A stretch of 64,000 nt of DNA, taken from assembly GCF_004010195.1 (NCBI RefSeq), contig NC_057719.1, forward strand, positions 78,324,898-78,388,897, given 5' to 3'. Below the pieces are notes generated by a model that saw only the letters and a list, made by a program, of their open reading frames with translations, had not been told where the DNA came from and did not search any database. How positions within the stretch are numbered: the stretch's first letter is position 1; every line of letters starts with the position of its first letter. This DNA comes from Chiloscyllium plagiosum (lineage: Eukaryota). A program made the position numbers and the translations under genes. Positions 1-13,488 of this stretch are shown piece after piece.

Positions 1-355
1 GGATTGGACATTCTGGAGGCAGGAAACATGTTTCCGCTGATGGGTGAGTACCGAACCTGAGGACACAGCTTAAAAATACGGGGTAGATCATTTAGGACAG
101 AGATGAGGAGAAACTTGTTCACCCAGAGAGTGGTGGCTGTGTGGAATGCTCTGCCCCAGAGGGCAGTGGAGGCCCAGTCTCTGGATTCATTTAAGAAAGA
201 GTTGGATAGAGCTCTCAAGGATAGTGGAATCAAGGGTTATGGAGATAAGGCAGGGACAGGATACTGATTAAGGATGATCAGCCATGATCATATTGAATGG
301 TGGTGCAGGCTCGAAGGGCAGAATGGCCTACTCCTGCACTTATTGTCTATTGTCT
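1..355 (+). mobile_element. CR1-clade LINE 3' end
   Basis: ORF2 C-terminus (GHSLKIRGRSFRTEMRRNLFTQRVVAVWNALP), 3' UTR GGCTCGAAGGGCAGAATGGCCTACTCCTGC and (TATTGTC)n tail. Confidence 0.9.
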
Positions 356-689
356 CTGACTGAAGGAGTACTCAGAAAGTGAAAGTTGCCATAGTCTCTG
401 CTTTAAGAGGCAATTGGGTGGGGTAGACCTTGACAGTGAGGGGTTAGTTGACTGAACAGTTGGTTTGCATGTAAATTATGCCATCAGCGCAGATTTAATT
501 CCTGTCCTAGCTGAGGTCCCTACTTTGATGTAAGAGGTTAAGCTAAAGAAGCAGCTCTTGGGCACTTTGAGCACCTTATTTCTTTTCACCAGCAGTTCAG
601 GGCCAGCTTCTTACTGGCTGTTATTAGACTATTGAATGGGACTTTCTAGCCTCCAATAATGCTGACCTTGCTAGCACTGATCTCTCTTG

Positions 690-829
690 TAGCCCTGTGC
701 AATGTAACATGTATACATCTATCTAAATCTTTGCCGTACAGCCTTCCTTAATATGATCTGCCTGTACTGCTCATAAATGAAGCTTTTCACTGTACTTCGG
801 TACATGTGACAATCAATCAATCAATCAAT
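690..829 (+). mobile_element. Rex1/Babar-like LINE 3' tail
   Basis: GCTTTTCACTGTACTTCGGTACATGTGACAA followed by (TCAA)n; same tail ends the Rex1-like copies near 24335-24379 and 61490-61535. Confidence 0.7.
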
Positions 830-1168
830 GCGGACAATGTTGTTCAGACACACCCTTTTAAGCAGCTGGGGTTCAGATGCTGTTAAGTTGCAGTCAACCG
901 AATGGCTTGTTTACATCATCTGCAGCATTTGGCCAAGAGCCACATCTTTCGAAATTGCTGAAAGCAATTATCGCTGGTAGCTGTTGCACCAGTCTTGCTC
1001 ACTGCTTGACTTTTTTTTTCCAATTTTATTTTCCACTGCCACAGCTGTACCACTGGCCTCCAGTTCATCCAGTTATGTGCTATAACCCTTTTAGCACAGC
1101 AAAACTTGGGAAAGTTGACTTGCATTACATTAACTGCTTTGACAACTCCTGGTTCAGAGTTTTATATT

Positions 1169-1224
1169 GAGTCAAAGTGTGGCCCTGGAAAAACACAGCA
1201 GGTCAGGCAGCATCCGAGGAGCAG
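1169..1224 (-). mobile_element. Penelope-like element terminal fragment (family A)
   Basis: CTGGAAAAACACAGCAGGTCAGGCAGCATCCGAGGAGCAG matches the repeat attached to the GIY-YIG ORF at 52598-52963. Confidence 0.75.
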
Positions 1225-1544
1225 ATTTTGTACTCCTCACAAAGGATTCTGTCAGAATGATGAGTTTAAGGAGATAAGGACGAAAGTTTTCCTGTTCAGT
1301 CAAGTCTCAGATTCCCTGTAGAGGTAACTGCACTGAAAGAGATTTCTAATTGTAAACAGGCCACAGGATGTCTGTGGTGAGTGTAATAAATGACCAGCTC
1401 CCCCATTCATAAATCTGACCATAAATCTGAGCCATTGTGCTAACTTGCAGAAGGAGCCTGGTGGCAATGCCCACTGTGGCATAAGTATGAAACCCTGAAA
1501 CCGAAATACTTTTGTTCATATTGTAATCTAACTTTAGCCACAGC

Positions 1545-2075
1545 AGGTAAGGGGACAACTATGGGAGAAGGAGGTGGTCAATGCAAGACTGAGGGTGTTG
1601 TATTTAAATGCGTGCAGTACAAATGCAAATGAAATGAGCTCGTGGTGCAGATTGAAATCGATGAGTGCAATGCTGTGGGTATCTCAGAGATGTGGCTTCA
1701 AGAGGATCAGGACTGGGAATGAAATATCCAAGAATACACATCCTATCGAAGGGACAGGCAGAGGGGTGGGGCTGCCTTGTTAGTAATAAATGAAAATAAA
1801 TTGAAAGCAAGAAGGAATTGTAGGCCCAGAAAGCATAGTAACTGTGTGGGCAGAGTTGAGGAACTGCAACAGCCAAACGACCCTGATAGAATTTATGTAT
1901 CAACCTCCTACCAGTACTGAGGATGTGGAACAGAAAGTAAATCAGGAGATAGAAAAGGCATGTAAGAAAGGCACCATTACAATAATCATGGGCATTTCAA
2001 TATGCAGATTGACTAGGAAAATTAGGGTGGTAATGGATCTCATGAAAAATAATTTATGGAATGTCAATGAGGTTT
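1545..2075 (+). mobile_element. CR1 LINE ORF2 endonuclease fragment; probably the same copy as 4345-5305
   Basis: LRVLYLNACS and WAELRN...MYQPP motifs of an APE-type endonuclease, frameshifted. Confidence 0.75.
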
Positions 2076-2085
2076 ATTTCTTTGG

Positions 2086-4113
2086 AGAAACAGACCCCTT
2101 GGTCCAACTTGTTCATGCTTACTAAATATTTGAAACTGATCTCATCCCATTTACCCGTATTTGGCCACATCCCTCTATTTATGTACCCACCTGGGTATAG
2201 ATGCAGTATAAATGTTGTAATTGTCCCGGGCTCCACCACTTCCTCTGGCAACTGGTTCCATATACGCACCACCCTCTGTGTGAAAATGTTTTCCCTTGGG
2301 TCCCTTTTAAATCTTTCCCCTCTCACCTTAAACTTATGCCCTCCAGTTCTGGACTTCCCCACCGTTGACTATTCACCCTGTCCATTCCCCTCACAATTTT
2401 ATAAACCTCTGTAACGTCACCCCTCAGCCTTTGATGCTCCAGCCTGTTCAGCTTTTTCCAAAGCTCAAACCCTCCAACCCTAGCAATATCCTCAAATCTT
2501 TTCTGAACCCTTTCAACTTTCACAACATCCTTCCTATAGCAGGGAGACCAGAATTAAATGCAGTATTCCAAAAGTGTCCTAACCAAAGTCCTGTACAGCT
2601 GCAACATGACGTTCCAACTCCTATACTCAATGTACAGATCAATAAAAACAAGTGTAAAAAATGCCGCCTCCGCTATTCTGTCTATCTGTGCCTCCAGTTT
2701 CAAGGAACTATGAACCTGCACTCCAAAGTCTTTTTTTGTTCAGCCACACTTACCAGGACGTTATCAGTTAGTGTATAAATCCTGTCCTGATTTGCCTTTC
2801 CAAAATGCAGCACCTCACATTTATCTAAATTAAACTCCATCTGCCACCCCTCAGCCCATTGGCCCATCTGATCAAGGTCCTGCTGTACTCCGAGGAACCT
2901 TCTTCACTGTCCACTACACCTCCAATTTTGGTGTCATCTGTAAACTTACTAACCATACCTACTATGTTCACATCCAGATCATTTATATAAATGACAAAAA
3001 GCAGTGGATCCAGCACCGATCCTTGTGGGACACTGCTGGTCACAGGCCTCCAGCCTGAAAAGCAACCCTCCACCACCATCCTCTGTCTTCTACCTTCAAG
3101 CCAGTTTTGTATCCAATAGCTAGTGCTCCCTGCATTCCATGTGATTCTAACCTTGCTAACCAGTCTACCATGTGGAATTTTGTCAAACACCTTACTGTAG
3201 TCCATATAGACAATGTCCTCTGCTCTGCCTTCACAAATCTTCTTCGTCACTTCTTCAAAACATGCCATCATGTTAGTGAGACATGATTTCCCACACACAA
3301 AGCCATGTTGACTATCACTAATCAGTCCTTGTCTTTCCAAATACACATGTAACTCCTGTGCCTCAGAATCTCATCCAACAACTTGCCCACCACTGACATC
3401 AGGCTTACTGGTGTATAGTGTCCTGACCTTTACTTATCTTTCTTAAATAATGGCACCATGACAGCCAATCTCCAGTCTTCTGGCATTTCACCCATGACTA
3501 TCGATGATACAAATATCTCAGCAAGGGGCCCAGCAATCACTTCCTTGACTTCCCACAAAGTTCTAGGGTAAATCCGATCAGGTCTTGGGGATTTATCCAT
3601 TTTTATGTGTTTTAAGATGTTCAGCATCACCTTCTCCATAATATGGACACATTTCATGGTATCACCATTTATTGCCCCAATTTCTCGAGCTTCCACATGC
3701 CTCTCCACAGTAAACACTGATGCAAAATACTTGCTTAGTATCATACCCATCTCCTGAGGTTGCACGCAAAGGCAGTCTTGCTGATCTTTGAGGGGCCCTA
3801 TTCTCACCCTAGTTACTCCTTTGTCCTTAATATATTTGTAGAATCCATTTGGATTCTCCTTAACCCTATCTGCCAAAACTATCTCAGGTCCCCTTTTTGC
3901 CCTCCTGATTTCCCTCTTGAGTAGACTCCTACTGCACTTTTATCTTCTAGGAATTCACTTGATCCATGCTGTCAATACTTGACATATGCTTCCTTCTTTT
4001 TCTTCACCAGAGCCCCAATGTCTCTAGTCATCCAGCATTTCCTGTACCCATCAGCCTTGCCCTTCACAGTAACAGGAACATACTGTCTCTGGACTCTCCT
4101 TATCTCATTTTTG
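2086..4113 (-). mobile_element. HER1/CR1 LINE, 5'-truncated (RT region and 3' end)
   Basis: Minus-strand ORFs 3430-3876, 2825-3346 (QHGF, VPQGSVL, YINDLD, KFTDDTK) and 2054-2362 (FTQRVVRIWNQLP). Confidence 0.95.
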
Positions 4114-4123
4114 AGAAGATATA

Positions 4124-4343
4124 CAGTCAGTTCTGTTATAACGCGGTAGTTCCATTCTCGTGCAATCCCATGTCATAAGAAAATCGTGTAATAGCAGCAC
4201 CACTTAAATTGATGAGGCCGGAATTGCATTATAACCAATAAACACTTGTAAAACTTAATGCTTTAGAAACAGTATCCCTAATTTGTCAATCGTGTTATAG
4301 CAAATTTGTGTTAATGAAATGCAGGTTATAGCAGAACAATCTA
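4124..4343. mobile_element. Tc1/mariner (Tigger-like) MITE
   Basis: TA-flanked imperfect TIRs CAGTCAGTTCTGTTATAAC ... GTTATAGCAGAACAATCTA; related copy at 16326-16499. Confidence 0.7.
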
Positions 4344-4344
4344 T

Positions 4345-5305
4345 ATTTGAATTTCCAGATGGTCTTTGACAAGGCTGCTAATTAAGATAAGAGCTCATAA
4401 TGTTAGAGTCAAGATACTGGCATGGATAGAAGATTGGCTGACTGGCAGAGAGAGGGGATAAAGTAGTCTTTTTCAGTATGGCAACCAGTGACTAGTGGAG
4501 CTCCACAGGGCTCAAGGTTGGGACAATAACTGTTCACGTTATACATTAATGATTCAGATGATTGAACCGAGGCATTGTTGCTAAGTTTGTAGATGATACA
4601 AAGATAGGTGGAGGGACAGGTAGTGTTGAGGAAGTTGGAGGTTGCAGGAGGAGACTTGGCAAAGATGTGGCCGATGGAGTACATTGGGGGAAAGTGCGAG
4701 GTTATGCACTTTGGTAGGAAGAATAGAGGCATTGACTATTTTCTAAATGGAGAAAAGCTTCAGAAATCTGAAGCACAAAGGGACTTGAGAGTCCTACTTA
4801 AGGATTCTCTTCAGGTTAACATGCAGGTTCACTTAGTAGTTAGGAAGGCAATGCAATTCATTTCAGTAGGTCTGGAGTACAAGAGTGGGGATGTACTGCT
4901 GAGGCTCTGGTCAGACTGCATTTGTAATATTGTGAGCAGTTTTGGGTCCTGTTTCTAAGGATAGATGTGCTGGTCTTGGAGAGAGCTGCAGAGGAGCTTT
5001 ACAAGAATGATCTTGGGAGTGAAGGGCTTGTCATTTTGAAGAGTTATTGAGGACTCTGGGTCTCTATTCAATGGAGTTTAAATGGATCAGGAGGATAGAT
5101 TGAAACTTACAGAATACTGAGATACATGGATAGGGTGGACGTGGGGAACATATTTCCACTCATAGGAGAGCCGAGGGCACATCCACCGAGTGACGGGACA
5201 ACCCATTCGAATTGAAATGAGGATGAATTTCTTCAGCCAGAGGGTGGTGAATCTGTGAAACTCATGGCTGTGGAGGCCATGTCATTGAGTGTATTTAAGC
5301 CAGAC
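4345..5305 (+). mobile_element. CR1 LINE RT to 3' fragment
   Basis: YIND, KFVDDTKIGG and KCEVMHFGRKN motifs, frameshifted. Confidence 0.9.
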
Positions 5306-5969
5306 TCCTTAATGCCTTTAGTGTCCAGAAATCTATCTACTTCTTAAATATATTCAGTGACTTGGCCTCCGAAGCTCTGTGGTGGAAAATACCACAATTT
5401 ACGAGGAAATTTCTCCTCACCCCTGTGCTAAGTGTCTAAGCCATGTGTAACACGCATGCATGGAAACTTAATTTAATATGATGATAAAACCCAAGTTCTA
5501 AAAACCATGGGTCGGGGATAAAGTGTTGTCTTTGCAAGTAATTACATATTTCATGTAGTGAGTCATAGCATTTTCAGCATTTTACCTCGTGGGATGTTAG
5601 GTGCCTCATTGTCTTGCAGTGACTCTCCTGTAGTCCATTGAGCAAGAGCCCTTTATTTACAGGCACTTACACATTTATTTACATTATTTAGTTATATATT
5701 TACTTACTCAGAATTCTGAGATTTTAGTTTTCTGGAACTTAGTGTCTTCTCCCTGCAACTGTTCACTTTGCTCTTTTGAAGTCATGTGACTTGTTATAAA
5801 ATGATTTTAGACCCGTGCTGTTAGTCCATTACCACAGCACCTGGGAACTGCATAAACCTAAGGTTGTAAAGGAACACTGTAAACACTTATTGGGTGATTT
5901 AAAGTGCAGTGACATGTCAGGAACACATTTCTCAATTGTTTGAACATTACAGATCATCATCTGTAGAAT

Positions 5970-7600
5970 TTTAGACAGAATTCAATGGGTTTGTCAAGCA
6001 ATAAGTGAAGCTTCACAAATCCACTCAGATATTTGGATCAGGTGACTAAATTAGTGGTGGCGGGTTATTTGATGAATTAAATTTGCTTGAAGCTATATTT
6101 GCAGTTTTGTAAGGTTTCATAAGCCAAGCACCTGTAAATTGTCTAATTTGATTGAAAATAAGATTGGCAATTGATAGAAAGATCAAGAGCCATGCCATTA
6201 CATAGAAATACTGTTTGGCAGAACTGGAGAGCTAAGCTCGACATTGAATATTGAAAATGAGCTTGGTCATGATTCATCGAAACTGCCATTCACTCCTTTG
6301 AGCCTGCTGTACCATTCAGTCTGGTTATGGTTGATCCTCCACCTGAATGCCATGGTCCTGCTTTCTACCCCTATTTGTTGATCCTTTCATGTCTAAACAG
6401 TCATCTACTTGTTCTTAAATATATTCAGGGACTTGGCCTGCACGGACTTTGTAACTTCTCATCGCACCCAAATGGCCGACCCTGTGTCCTGAGCCTGTGA
6501 CCCCTGATTCCAGACTCTCCAGTTAAGGAAGATATCCTCCCTGTATCTAGTCTATCCAGCCGTGTTAGAATGTTGTGCGTTTCAATCAGGTTTCGTCTCA
6601 ACTTTCTAAACTCCACTGAATACAGGCCATGTTGAACCAATCTCTCTCCCTACGATAGTGAGACCCTATTATAAGCTAAGTGAACCTCTTCTGCACTCCC
6701 TCTATGACTAGTGTATCCTTTCTTCGTTAGAGAGACCAAAATTGGTCCCTGATAATTGCACGATCAAAAATGAAGGCACTTCTAGTGATCCCGCAAGCTT
6801 TGTTAGTGACATTGAGCTATTTGGCGAGTGTATGATTGATTGTGAGGGCGACTCAGCAGTGTCTTAATAAATTGACTGGATGAACCGTGTGGAGGAGTTG
6901 GTGAATGCTGATGTGAGAAAATGGAAGGTGATACGCAACTTGGAAAGGAAAGTTGTGAAATAGCCAGATTTTTCATGAGATGCACTAGTGAAAATCTAGA
7001 ATGAGGCAATCCTGAGTTCTCAAATGGTGTAAATACTTCCCCTTGAATGGAGACAGCCCTGACATTTCTGCAGACATGCCATTAAAGAGTTAGATAAGTA
7101 GGCTCCTCGAAACAAAGTGAGGATGAAGAAGGATTTAGATCTAGTCATTGATCAGTTGCTGAGAGATAACAGTCAATTTAAAACCAAAACTAAGGTTAAT
7201 CAAATGGGGAAAAAAGTGCTGTAAAGGTATTCGATTGAGTCAGAAAGTATTCTTTTTTAATTCTGTAACTCATTGAGAAGGTTGGATTGAAGATATTTGC
7301 ACTCCACGATATCCTCCTTCCATAAGTAGATTGATACAGTCAATTATACAGAATGCTAAAATTATTCAGTGTTTTTCCAGAACCATGAAATAAAGAGAAT
7401 ATAATAATGGGAATATTTCCCATGATGTGAAGCACTGCTATTATAAACGCAATTTGGGCAAGTGAGCATAAAAGACTAAGTATATGAAGAATTTTCTCTC
7501 GCCCCATGTCAAATAGTGAAAATGTGGAACTGAGTTCCAGGAAAGTAATAATTACTGTGTTGGTTAAAATTACTGATATATTTTTGGTCAAAATTGCTGC
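5970..7600 (+). mobile_element. Very old CR1 remnants interrupted by a younger copy
   Basis: Faint similarity to CR1 RT and 3' regions at about 5970-6270, 6780-7000 and 7340-7560. Confidence 0.4.
6285..6745 (-). mobile_element. CR1 LINE 3' end
   Basis: GLYSVEFRKLRRNLIETHNIL...RGHRLR on the minus strand (ORF 6425-6640). Confidence 0.85.
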
Positions 7601-7854
7601 TCAGAGTCATTGCCATCAGTAGAATACAGCTAGTCAGTGGTTTTAGGTTTAGGATTTTGCTTAAGCCCTTCTTTAAGAGGAGTTCTGATGAGCATAATCT
7701 TCTTGGAAATTCCTACCTCAGCTTGATTTTCACAACAGCAACAACTTCCATTATATAGTACGTTTTAGTGAAGTGGAGCAGTGCTATTTCTGACCCAGAA
7801 GCTCCAGATTTGAGTCCTACTTTGAATGTGATCCTCCTGGAAGGTGTATTTCAT

Positions 7855-8193
7855 AGTATCCCTACAATGTGGAAACAGTCCATTCGGCCCAGCAAGTCCA
7901 CACTATCTCCTCCAAAAAATAACCCACCCAGACCCATTCTCCCACCCCACACTTACTCTTGACCAATGCACCTAACCTACACATCCCTGAACACTTTAGG
8001 CAATTTCCCATAGCCAATCCACCCTAACCTGCACATCTTTGGACAGTGGGAGGAAACTGAAGCACTCAGAGGAAACCTGCACAGACACCGGGAGAGAGTG
8101 TGCAAACACCACACAGTCGCCTGAGGCTGGAATCGATCCTGGGTCCCTGGCGCTGTGAGGCAGCAGTAGCCAACCACTGAGCCACGTGCCGCC
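7855..8193 (-). mobile_element. HE1-type tRNA-derived V-SINE
   Basis: Pol III A/B boxes (TGGCTCAGTGG, GGATCGATTCC), V-domain and HER1-like tail on the minus strand. Confidence 0.92.
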
Positions 8194-8322
8194 ATGTTCA
8201 TAATGTGACCAGGCAGGTTGAGTATTAATATGCAAATTCCTTTAATATTTTCATAGCTATTAGTAAGAGTGGCACATTGTCCTGTTCAGCCATAATTAAC
8301 ATGGAGTGATGCCCATCAATGG

Positions 8323-8417
8323 TGAAAGTGAGGACTGCAGATGCTGGAGATCAGAATCGAGAGTGTGGTGCTTGAAAAGCACAGCAGGTCAGGCAGTATC
8401 CGAGGAGCAGGAGAGTC
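8323..8417 (-). mobile_element. Penelope-like element terminus (family A)
   Basis: GAAAGTGAGGACTGCAGATGCTGGAGATCAG...GAGCAGGAG. Confidence 0.85.
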
Positions 8418-8499
8418 AGTGATGACCTGCTTGAGGAAAAAGTCAGCAAGGAACCTGACATAAGGCATGTCTTTGTCTGCCCTGTGTGTCTTAGACACA

Positions 8500-8750
8500 G
8501 GAATGCCTTTAAATCTTTACATCATATAACTCATCCTAACATACTTCACAGCACTATAAACCAAAATTTGGGTATAGAACTATATAGAGGCATTAAGGCA
8601 GATGACCAAAAATCTGGTGAAAGAGATAGGTTTTAAGGAACTTCACAGAGGAGGCCAGGCAGAGAGATTTCGGGAAAGATTACCAGAGCATATCAGCTGG
8701 GAAGTGTTTAACATTGGGATGCCCAATTGAAGAATTCGAGGAGACCAGAT
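8500..8750 (-). mobile_element. L2-like LINE 3' remnant
   Basis: GATGACCAAAAATCTGGTGAAAGAGATAGGTTTTAAGGA resembles the reverse complement of an L2 ORF2 end; appears to resume near 9470 after a HER1 insertion. Confidence 0.5.
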
Positions 8751-8751
8751 G

Positions 8752-9462
8752 ATAGAATCATAGAGATGTACAACACTGAAACAGACCCTTCGGTCCAACT
8801 TGTCCATGCCAACCAGATGTCCTAACCTAAACTAGTCCCATTTGCCAGTATTTGGCCTATATCCCTCTAAACCCTTCTTATTCATACACCCATCCAGATG
8901 CCTTTTAAATGTTGGAATTATACCAACCTCAACCACTTGCTCTGGCAGCTCATTCCATACACGTACCACCCTCTGCATGAAAAAGTTGCCCCTTAGATCC
9001 CTTTTTAAATCTTTGTGCTCTCACCCTAAACCTCTGCCCTCTAGCTCTGGACTCCCCCACCCCAGGGAAAAGACCTTGCCTATTTACACTATCCATGTTC
9101 CTCATGATTTTATAAACCTCGATAAGGTCACCCCTCAGCCTCCGACGCTGCAGAAAAAACAGCCCCAGCCTTTTCAACCTTGTAGCTCAAATCCTCCAAC
9201 CCTGAAAACATCCTAGTAAATGTTTTCTGAACCCTTTCAAGGTTCACAGTGTCTTTCCGGTAGGAGGGAGACTAGAATTACACGTAATATTCCAAAAGTC
9301 GCCTAACCAATATCCTGTACAGCTGCAACATGACCTCCCAACTGCTATACTCAATGCTCTATCCAAAAAAAGGAAAGCATACTAAATGTCTTCTTCACAA
9401 TCTTATGCACTTTCAAGGAACTATAAACCTGCACTTGAAGGTCGCTTTGTTTAGCAACACTT
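8752..9462 (-). mobile_element. HER1/CR1 LINE 3' end
   Basis: RLGLFFLQRRRLRGDLIEVYKIM on the minus strand plus HER1 tail. Confidence 0.93.
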
Positions 9463-9916
9463 AACAATAATGTTCAGCTCTGTGGGGTTGGAAGACATTA
9501 CAGAGATGAGACAATGGAGGAATTTGATAAGGGCGATTTTAAAGTCTTTCCTACTCCGAGGCCAAGCGATAACTCTGAGTTAGGATCAGAGATTTAAGAT
9601 GGTTGCTACTTAGTTCCCTGGATGGTTATCCAGGAAAAGCCATAGTCTAACTCTTGGTTACTGTACAATACCCTCTCCAAAAAAGCACCCAAACTCCACA
9701 ACAGACTACTGTTTTGACTCCGCAGCCTAACACTGGACTTTTATCTGACCTGGCCTTTCTTGACTTATTGACTCCCAGAGAACTCCAACTGAGTGACTAC
9801 TACTGTGACAGCCCCTCATCACCCAACCACCCACATCACCCACTTATTCCTCCCCTGTCCTCTTTACCCACCTAGCTGATCCACCATACTGCTAAAACAT
9901 TTACACATTCACCTAT

Positions 9917-10223
9917 GTGGTACGGTGGCTCAGTGGTTAGCACTGCTGCCTCATAGCGCCAGGGATCTGGGTTCAATTCCCGTCTTGGATGACTGTGTGG
10001 AGTTTGCACATTCTCCCTGTGGCTTTCCTCCGGGTGCTCTGGTTTCCTCACACAATCCAAAGATGTGCAGATTAGGTGAATTGGCCATGCTAAGTTGCCC
10101 ATAATGTTAGGTGCGTTAGTCAGGGGTAAATACAGGGTAGGGCAATGGGTTACTCTTCAGAGGGTTGTTGTGGACTTGTTGGGCCAAAGAGCCTCCTTCC
10201 ATACTGTAGGGAATCTAATCTAA
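9917..10223 (+). mobile_element. HE1-type SINE
   Basis: GGTGGCTCAGTGGTTAGCACTGCTGCCTCA...GGTTCAATTCC...GAATCTAATCTAA. Confidence 0.93.
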
Positions 10224-10689
10224 AATAAAACATAGTCCTTCACCCACCCGTATTCAATCACCAAGACAGAGAAACACTGTTTGAATGTCCGAAAATTTTC
10301 CAGTGTGTTTATGAATGAACACTTGCCAGAATGTGCAGCGTGTGCCATATGAATGATACATAGGTCACTTTCTCTCTGATGATTCAATGTCAGGAGGAGG
10401 GAGTTCGATTTAAGGACATTGATTTTCTGCAGTCCTAAAGCAGCCAAGATTGGAAGACCAGGGCGGGAATATGGAAGTCAGTTGTGGTGGATTAAAAAAA
10501 ATCTGAGTAGCAATCCAATGGGGATTGCTTGTCCTCCAAAGATTTGGAGCTTTGAATGACTTGAATGCAGCCTCTGATAGGAAAACACGTCAATGATCCG
10601 TGGAAGAAAGGAACTTAATGAGCAAACTGGATTGTTTTCATGTGTAATTACATTTTGGGAGCAGACAATACAACTAATCTTTTTAACTA

Positions 10690-11980
10690 AAAATTCAAAA
10701 GAGTTACAAAGGAAAGCTTAGCAATAATTTCCCATGGCTGTAAAGCATTGAGCTTCCAACTTAAAGAATTCCATGTGATAAGAGTGGTAGGGCAAATACA
10801 GGAGTCTGTTGTAGAGGCTGTGGGAACACGACAATTAGAAAATGCCATTGGAATTACTTAGAGGCCACAAGGATATATGAAATGAAATAGTGCTTGATAA
10901 ACCGGCTGGAGTTTTTTTGTTTGAGGGCATAACTAGTATAACAGATGAGGGAGAATTCAGTGGACATGGTGTATTTGACTTTTCAGGAAGCTTTTGACAA
11001 ACTAGGAGGTTATTGTACAAAATGAAGCACGAGAAATTGCTGGTAAGCATGTGGATTGGGAACTGGGTAGCAGTGAAATCACAGTAGGAATAAAAGTGGA
11101 AGGCAATGACTAGTGACTCCCAGCTGCTCTCAATACATATCAGTGATATGGATGAGGGAATCAAATGTAATATTTACAAGTTTGCTGCTGACACAAGTCT
11201 AGGTGGATTTGAGAGTGGTCAGTACAGCATAAGATACTTTAAAGTGATTTAGGCAAGTTGGCCAACTGGGCAAATGCCTGGCAGCTGCAGAGTAATGTGT
11301 TTTAGTGTGCAGTTGTCTACTTTGAATAGAAAGAACACAATGGCAGAGAATTAATTAAAATAGTGATATACAAAGGGACCTGGACATCCTTGTACATATG
11401 TCACTGAAAGCAAAGTCTTTCTGCAGCTGTAAAGGGACTTGGTGAGGCCACACCTGGTGATTGTGCACAGTTTAGATCATCGTAGTTACGAGAAGATACC
11501 TTGCCATAGGGGAGTGCAGTGAAGGGTCACCAGATTGACTCCTAGGGTGGTAGGTTTGTTTCATGAGGAGAGATGGGGTCAACTGGATATGTATTTGTTG
11601 GAATTTAGAAGACTGAGAGGAAATCGTATTGGAATGTATAAAGCTCTGACAGGGTTGGATGATGCTCCCCTGGCCAGGGGTCCAGAACTAAAGGTCACAG
11701 TCTTACGTTATGGCTTACTTCACTTTGGACTGAGATCAGGGGCAATTTCTTTACTCAAAGGCTGGTGAACCTGGGGAATTCTCAACTACAGAAGGCTTTG
11801 GAGTCCAAGTCACGGACTATATTTAAGGATAAAATGTCTAGAGGCTAAAGGTGACACAGGATATGGGAAAAGATCAGGAATATGGTGTTCAGGGAGAGAA
11901 TCAATTTGAGCTTATTGAATGGTAAAGCTTGTTTGAGGAGCCAAATGGCTTATTCCTGCTTCTATTTTCTATGTTTCCAT
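10690..11980 (+). mobile_element. Degenerate CR1 ORF2 and 3' end
   Basis: YLTFQEAFDK, KFAADT and LEFRRLRGN motifs with CR1 3' UTR. Confidence 0.8.
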
Positions 11981-12395
11981 ATTTACAATGAAATTTCTTC
12001 ACATATTTTTAACTTATGTTCCGCATTGAGAAGGGGATATTTACAAGGAATATTGATCCAGGTGATCTGAATCATGAAGAATTCTGAAAGCATTAGTAAG
12101 GAAAAAATATTCCAAGAAGGGTCAGTCATCAGAAAACATGATTGATAAACAAACTAGGGGCCACAAGGGTAAACAGCTCTTTACACAATGTATTTGATTT
12201 GGTTTTATTTATTGTCCTGTATACTTTGTTACAAAATGCAGTGAAAAGTCTTGTATAGTGTCACCACTCTCTAGTGCAATCATAAAACAGAGAAAAATAC
12301 ACCTATACGTAGAATGTAAAGGCAGAAAAACATATAGTTATGACTGAAAAGGTGAGATAGGCTGATTTAGTAGTAACCATCAAAAAAAGAATTGA

Positions 12396-13488
12396 ATAGG
12401 CTGAGGAGTGGCAGATGGAGTTTAATTCAGATAAATGTGAGGTGCTGCATTTTGGAAAGGCATATCAGAGGAGGACTTATACACTTAATGGTAAGGTCTT
12501 AGAGAGTGTTGCTGAACAAAGAGACCTTGGAGTGCAGGTTCATAGTCCCTTGAAAGTGGAGTCGCAGGTAAATAGAATAGTGAAGATGACGTTTGGTATG
12601 CTTTCCTTCATTGGTCAGAGCATTGAGTACAGGAGTTGGGAGGTCATGTTGCGGCTGTACAGGACATTGGTTCGGCCACTTTTGGAATGTTACGTGCAAT
12701 TCTGGTCTCCTTCCTATCGGAAAGATGTTGTGAAACTTGAAAGGATTCAGAAAAGATTTACAAGGACATTGCCAGGGTTGGAGGATTTGAGCTACAGGGA
12801 GAGGCTGAATAGGCTGGGGCTGTTTTCCCTGGACCGTCGGAGGCTGAGGGGTGACCTTATAGAGGTCTATAAAATCATGAAGGGCATGGATAGGGTAAAT
12901 AGGCAAGGTCTTTTCCCTGGGGTGGGGGAATCCAGAACTAGAGGGCAAAGTTTAAGGTGAGAGGGGAAAGATATAAAGGAAACCTAAGGGACAACTTTTT
13001 CACACAGACAGTGGGGCATATATGGAATGAGCTGCCAGAGGAAGTGGTTGAGGTGGGTACAATTACAAATTTAAAAGGCATTTGGACTTTTAAATGAATA
13101 GGAAGGTTTTGCAATTAGATTAGATTAGATTACAGTGTGGAAACAGGCCCTTCGGCCCAACAAGTCCACACCGACCCGCCGAAGCGAAACCCACCCATAC
13201 TCCTACATTTACCCCTTATCTAACACTACGGGCAATTTAGCATGGCCAATTCACCTGACCCTCAACATCTTTTGTGATGTGGAGGAAACCGNNNNNNNNN
13301 NNNNNGGTCTCTGGCGCTGTGAGGCAGCAGTGCTAACCACTGTGCCACCGTGCCGCCCACAAAGGGTTTAGAGGAATGTGGACTGAGTGCTGGCAAATGG
13401 GACTAGATTAGGTTAAGATATCTGGTTGGCATGGATGAGTTGGACCGAAAGGTGTATTTCCATGCTGTACATTTCTATGGCTCTATGA
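12396..13488 (+). mobile_element. HER1/CR1 LINE 3' portion, interrupted by HE1
   Basis: ORF 12415-12960 (KCEVLHFG, RDLGV, LYRTLVRPLLE, RRLRGDLIEVYK) and tail. Confidence 0.95.
13114..13358 (-). mobile_element. HE1-type SINE containing a 14-N gap
   Basis: (TTAGA)n tail and tRNA head GGGCGGCACGGTGGCACAGTGG on the minus strand. Confidence 0.9.

Noticed and set aside
9917..9990. tRNA-like sequence with A and B boxes
   Set aside because: Head of an HE1 SINE continuing into the SINE body; not a tRNA gene. The same applies to other copies.
12415..12960. 181-aa ORF as a host gene
   Set aside because: It is the CR1 ORF2 C-terminus; the overlapping antisense ORF is a by-product.
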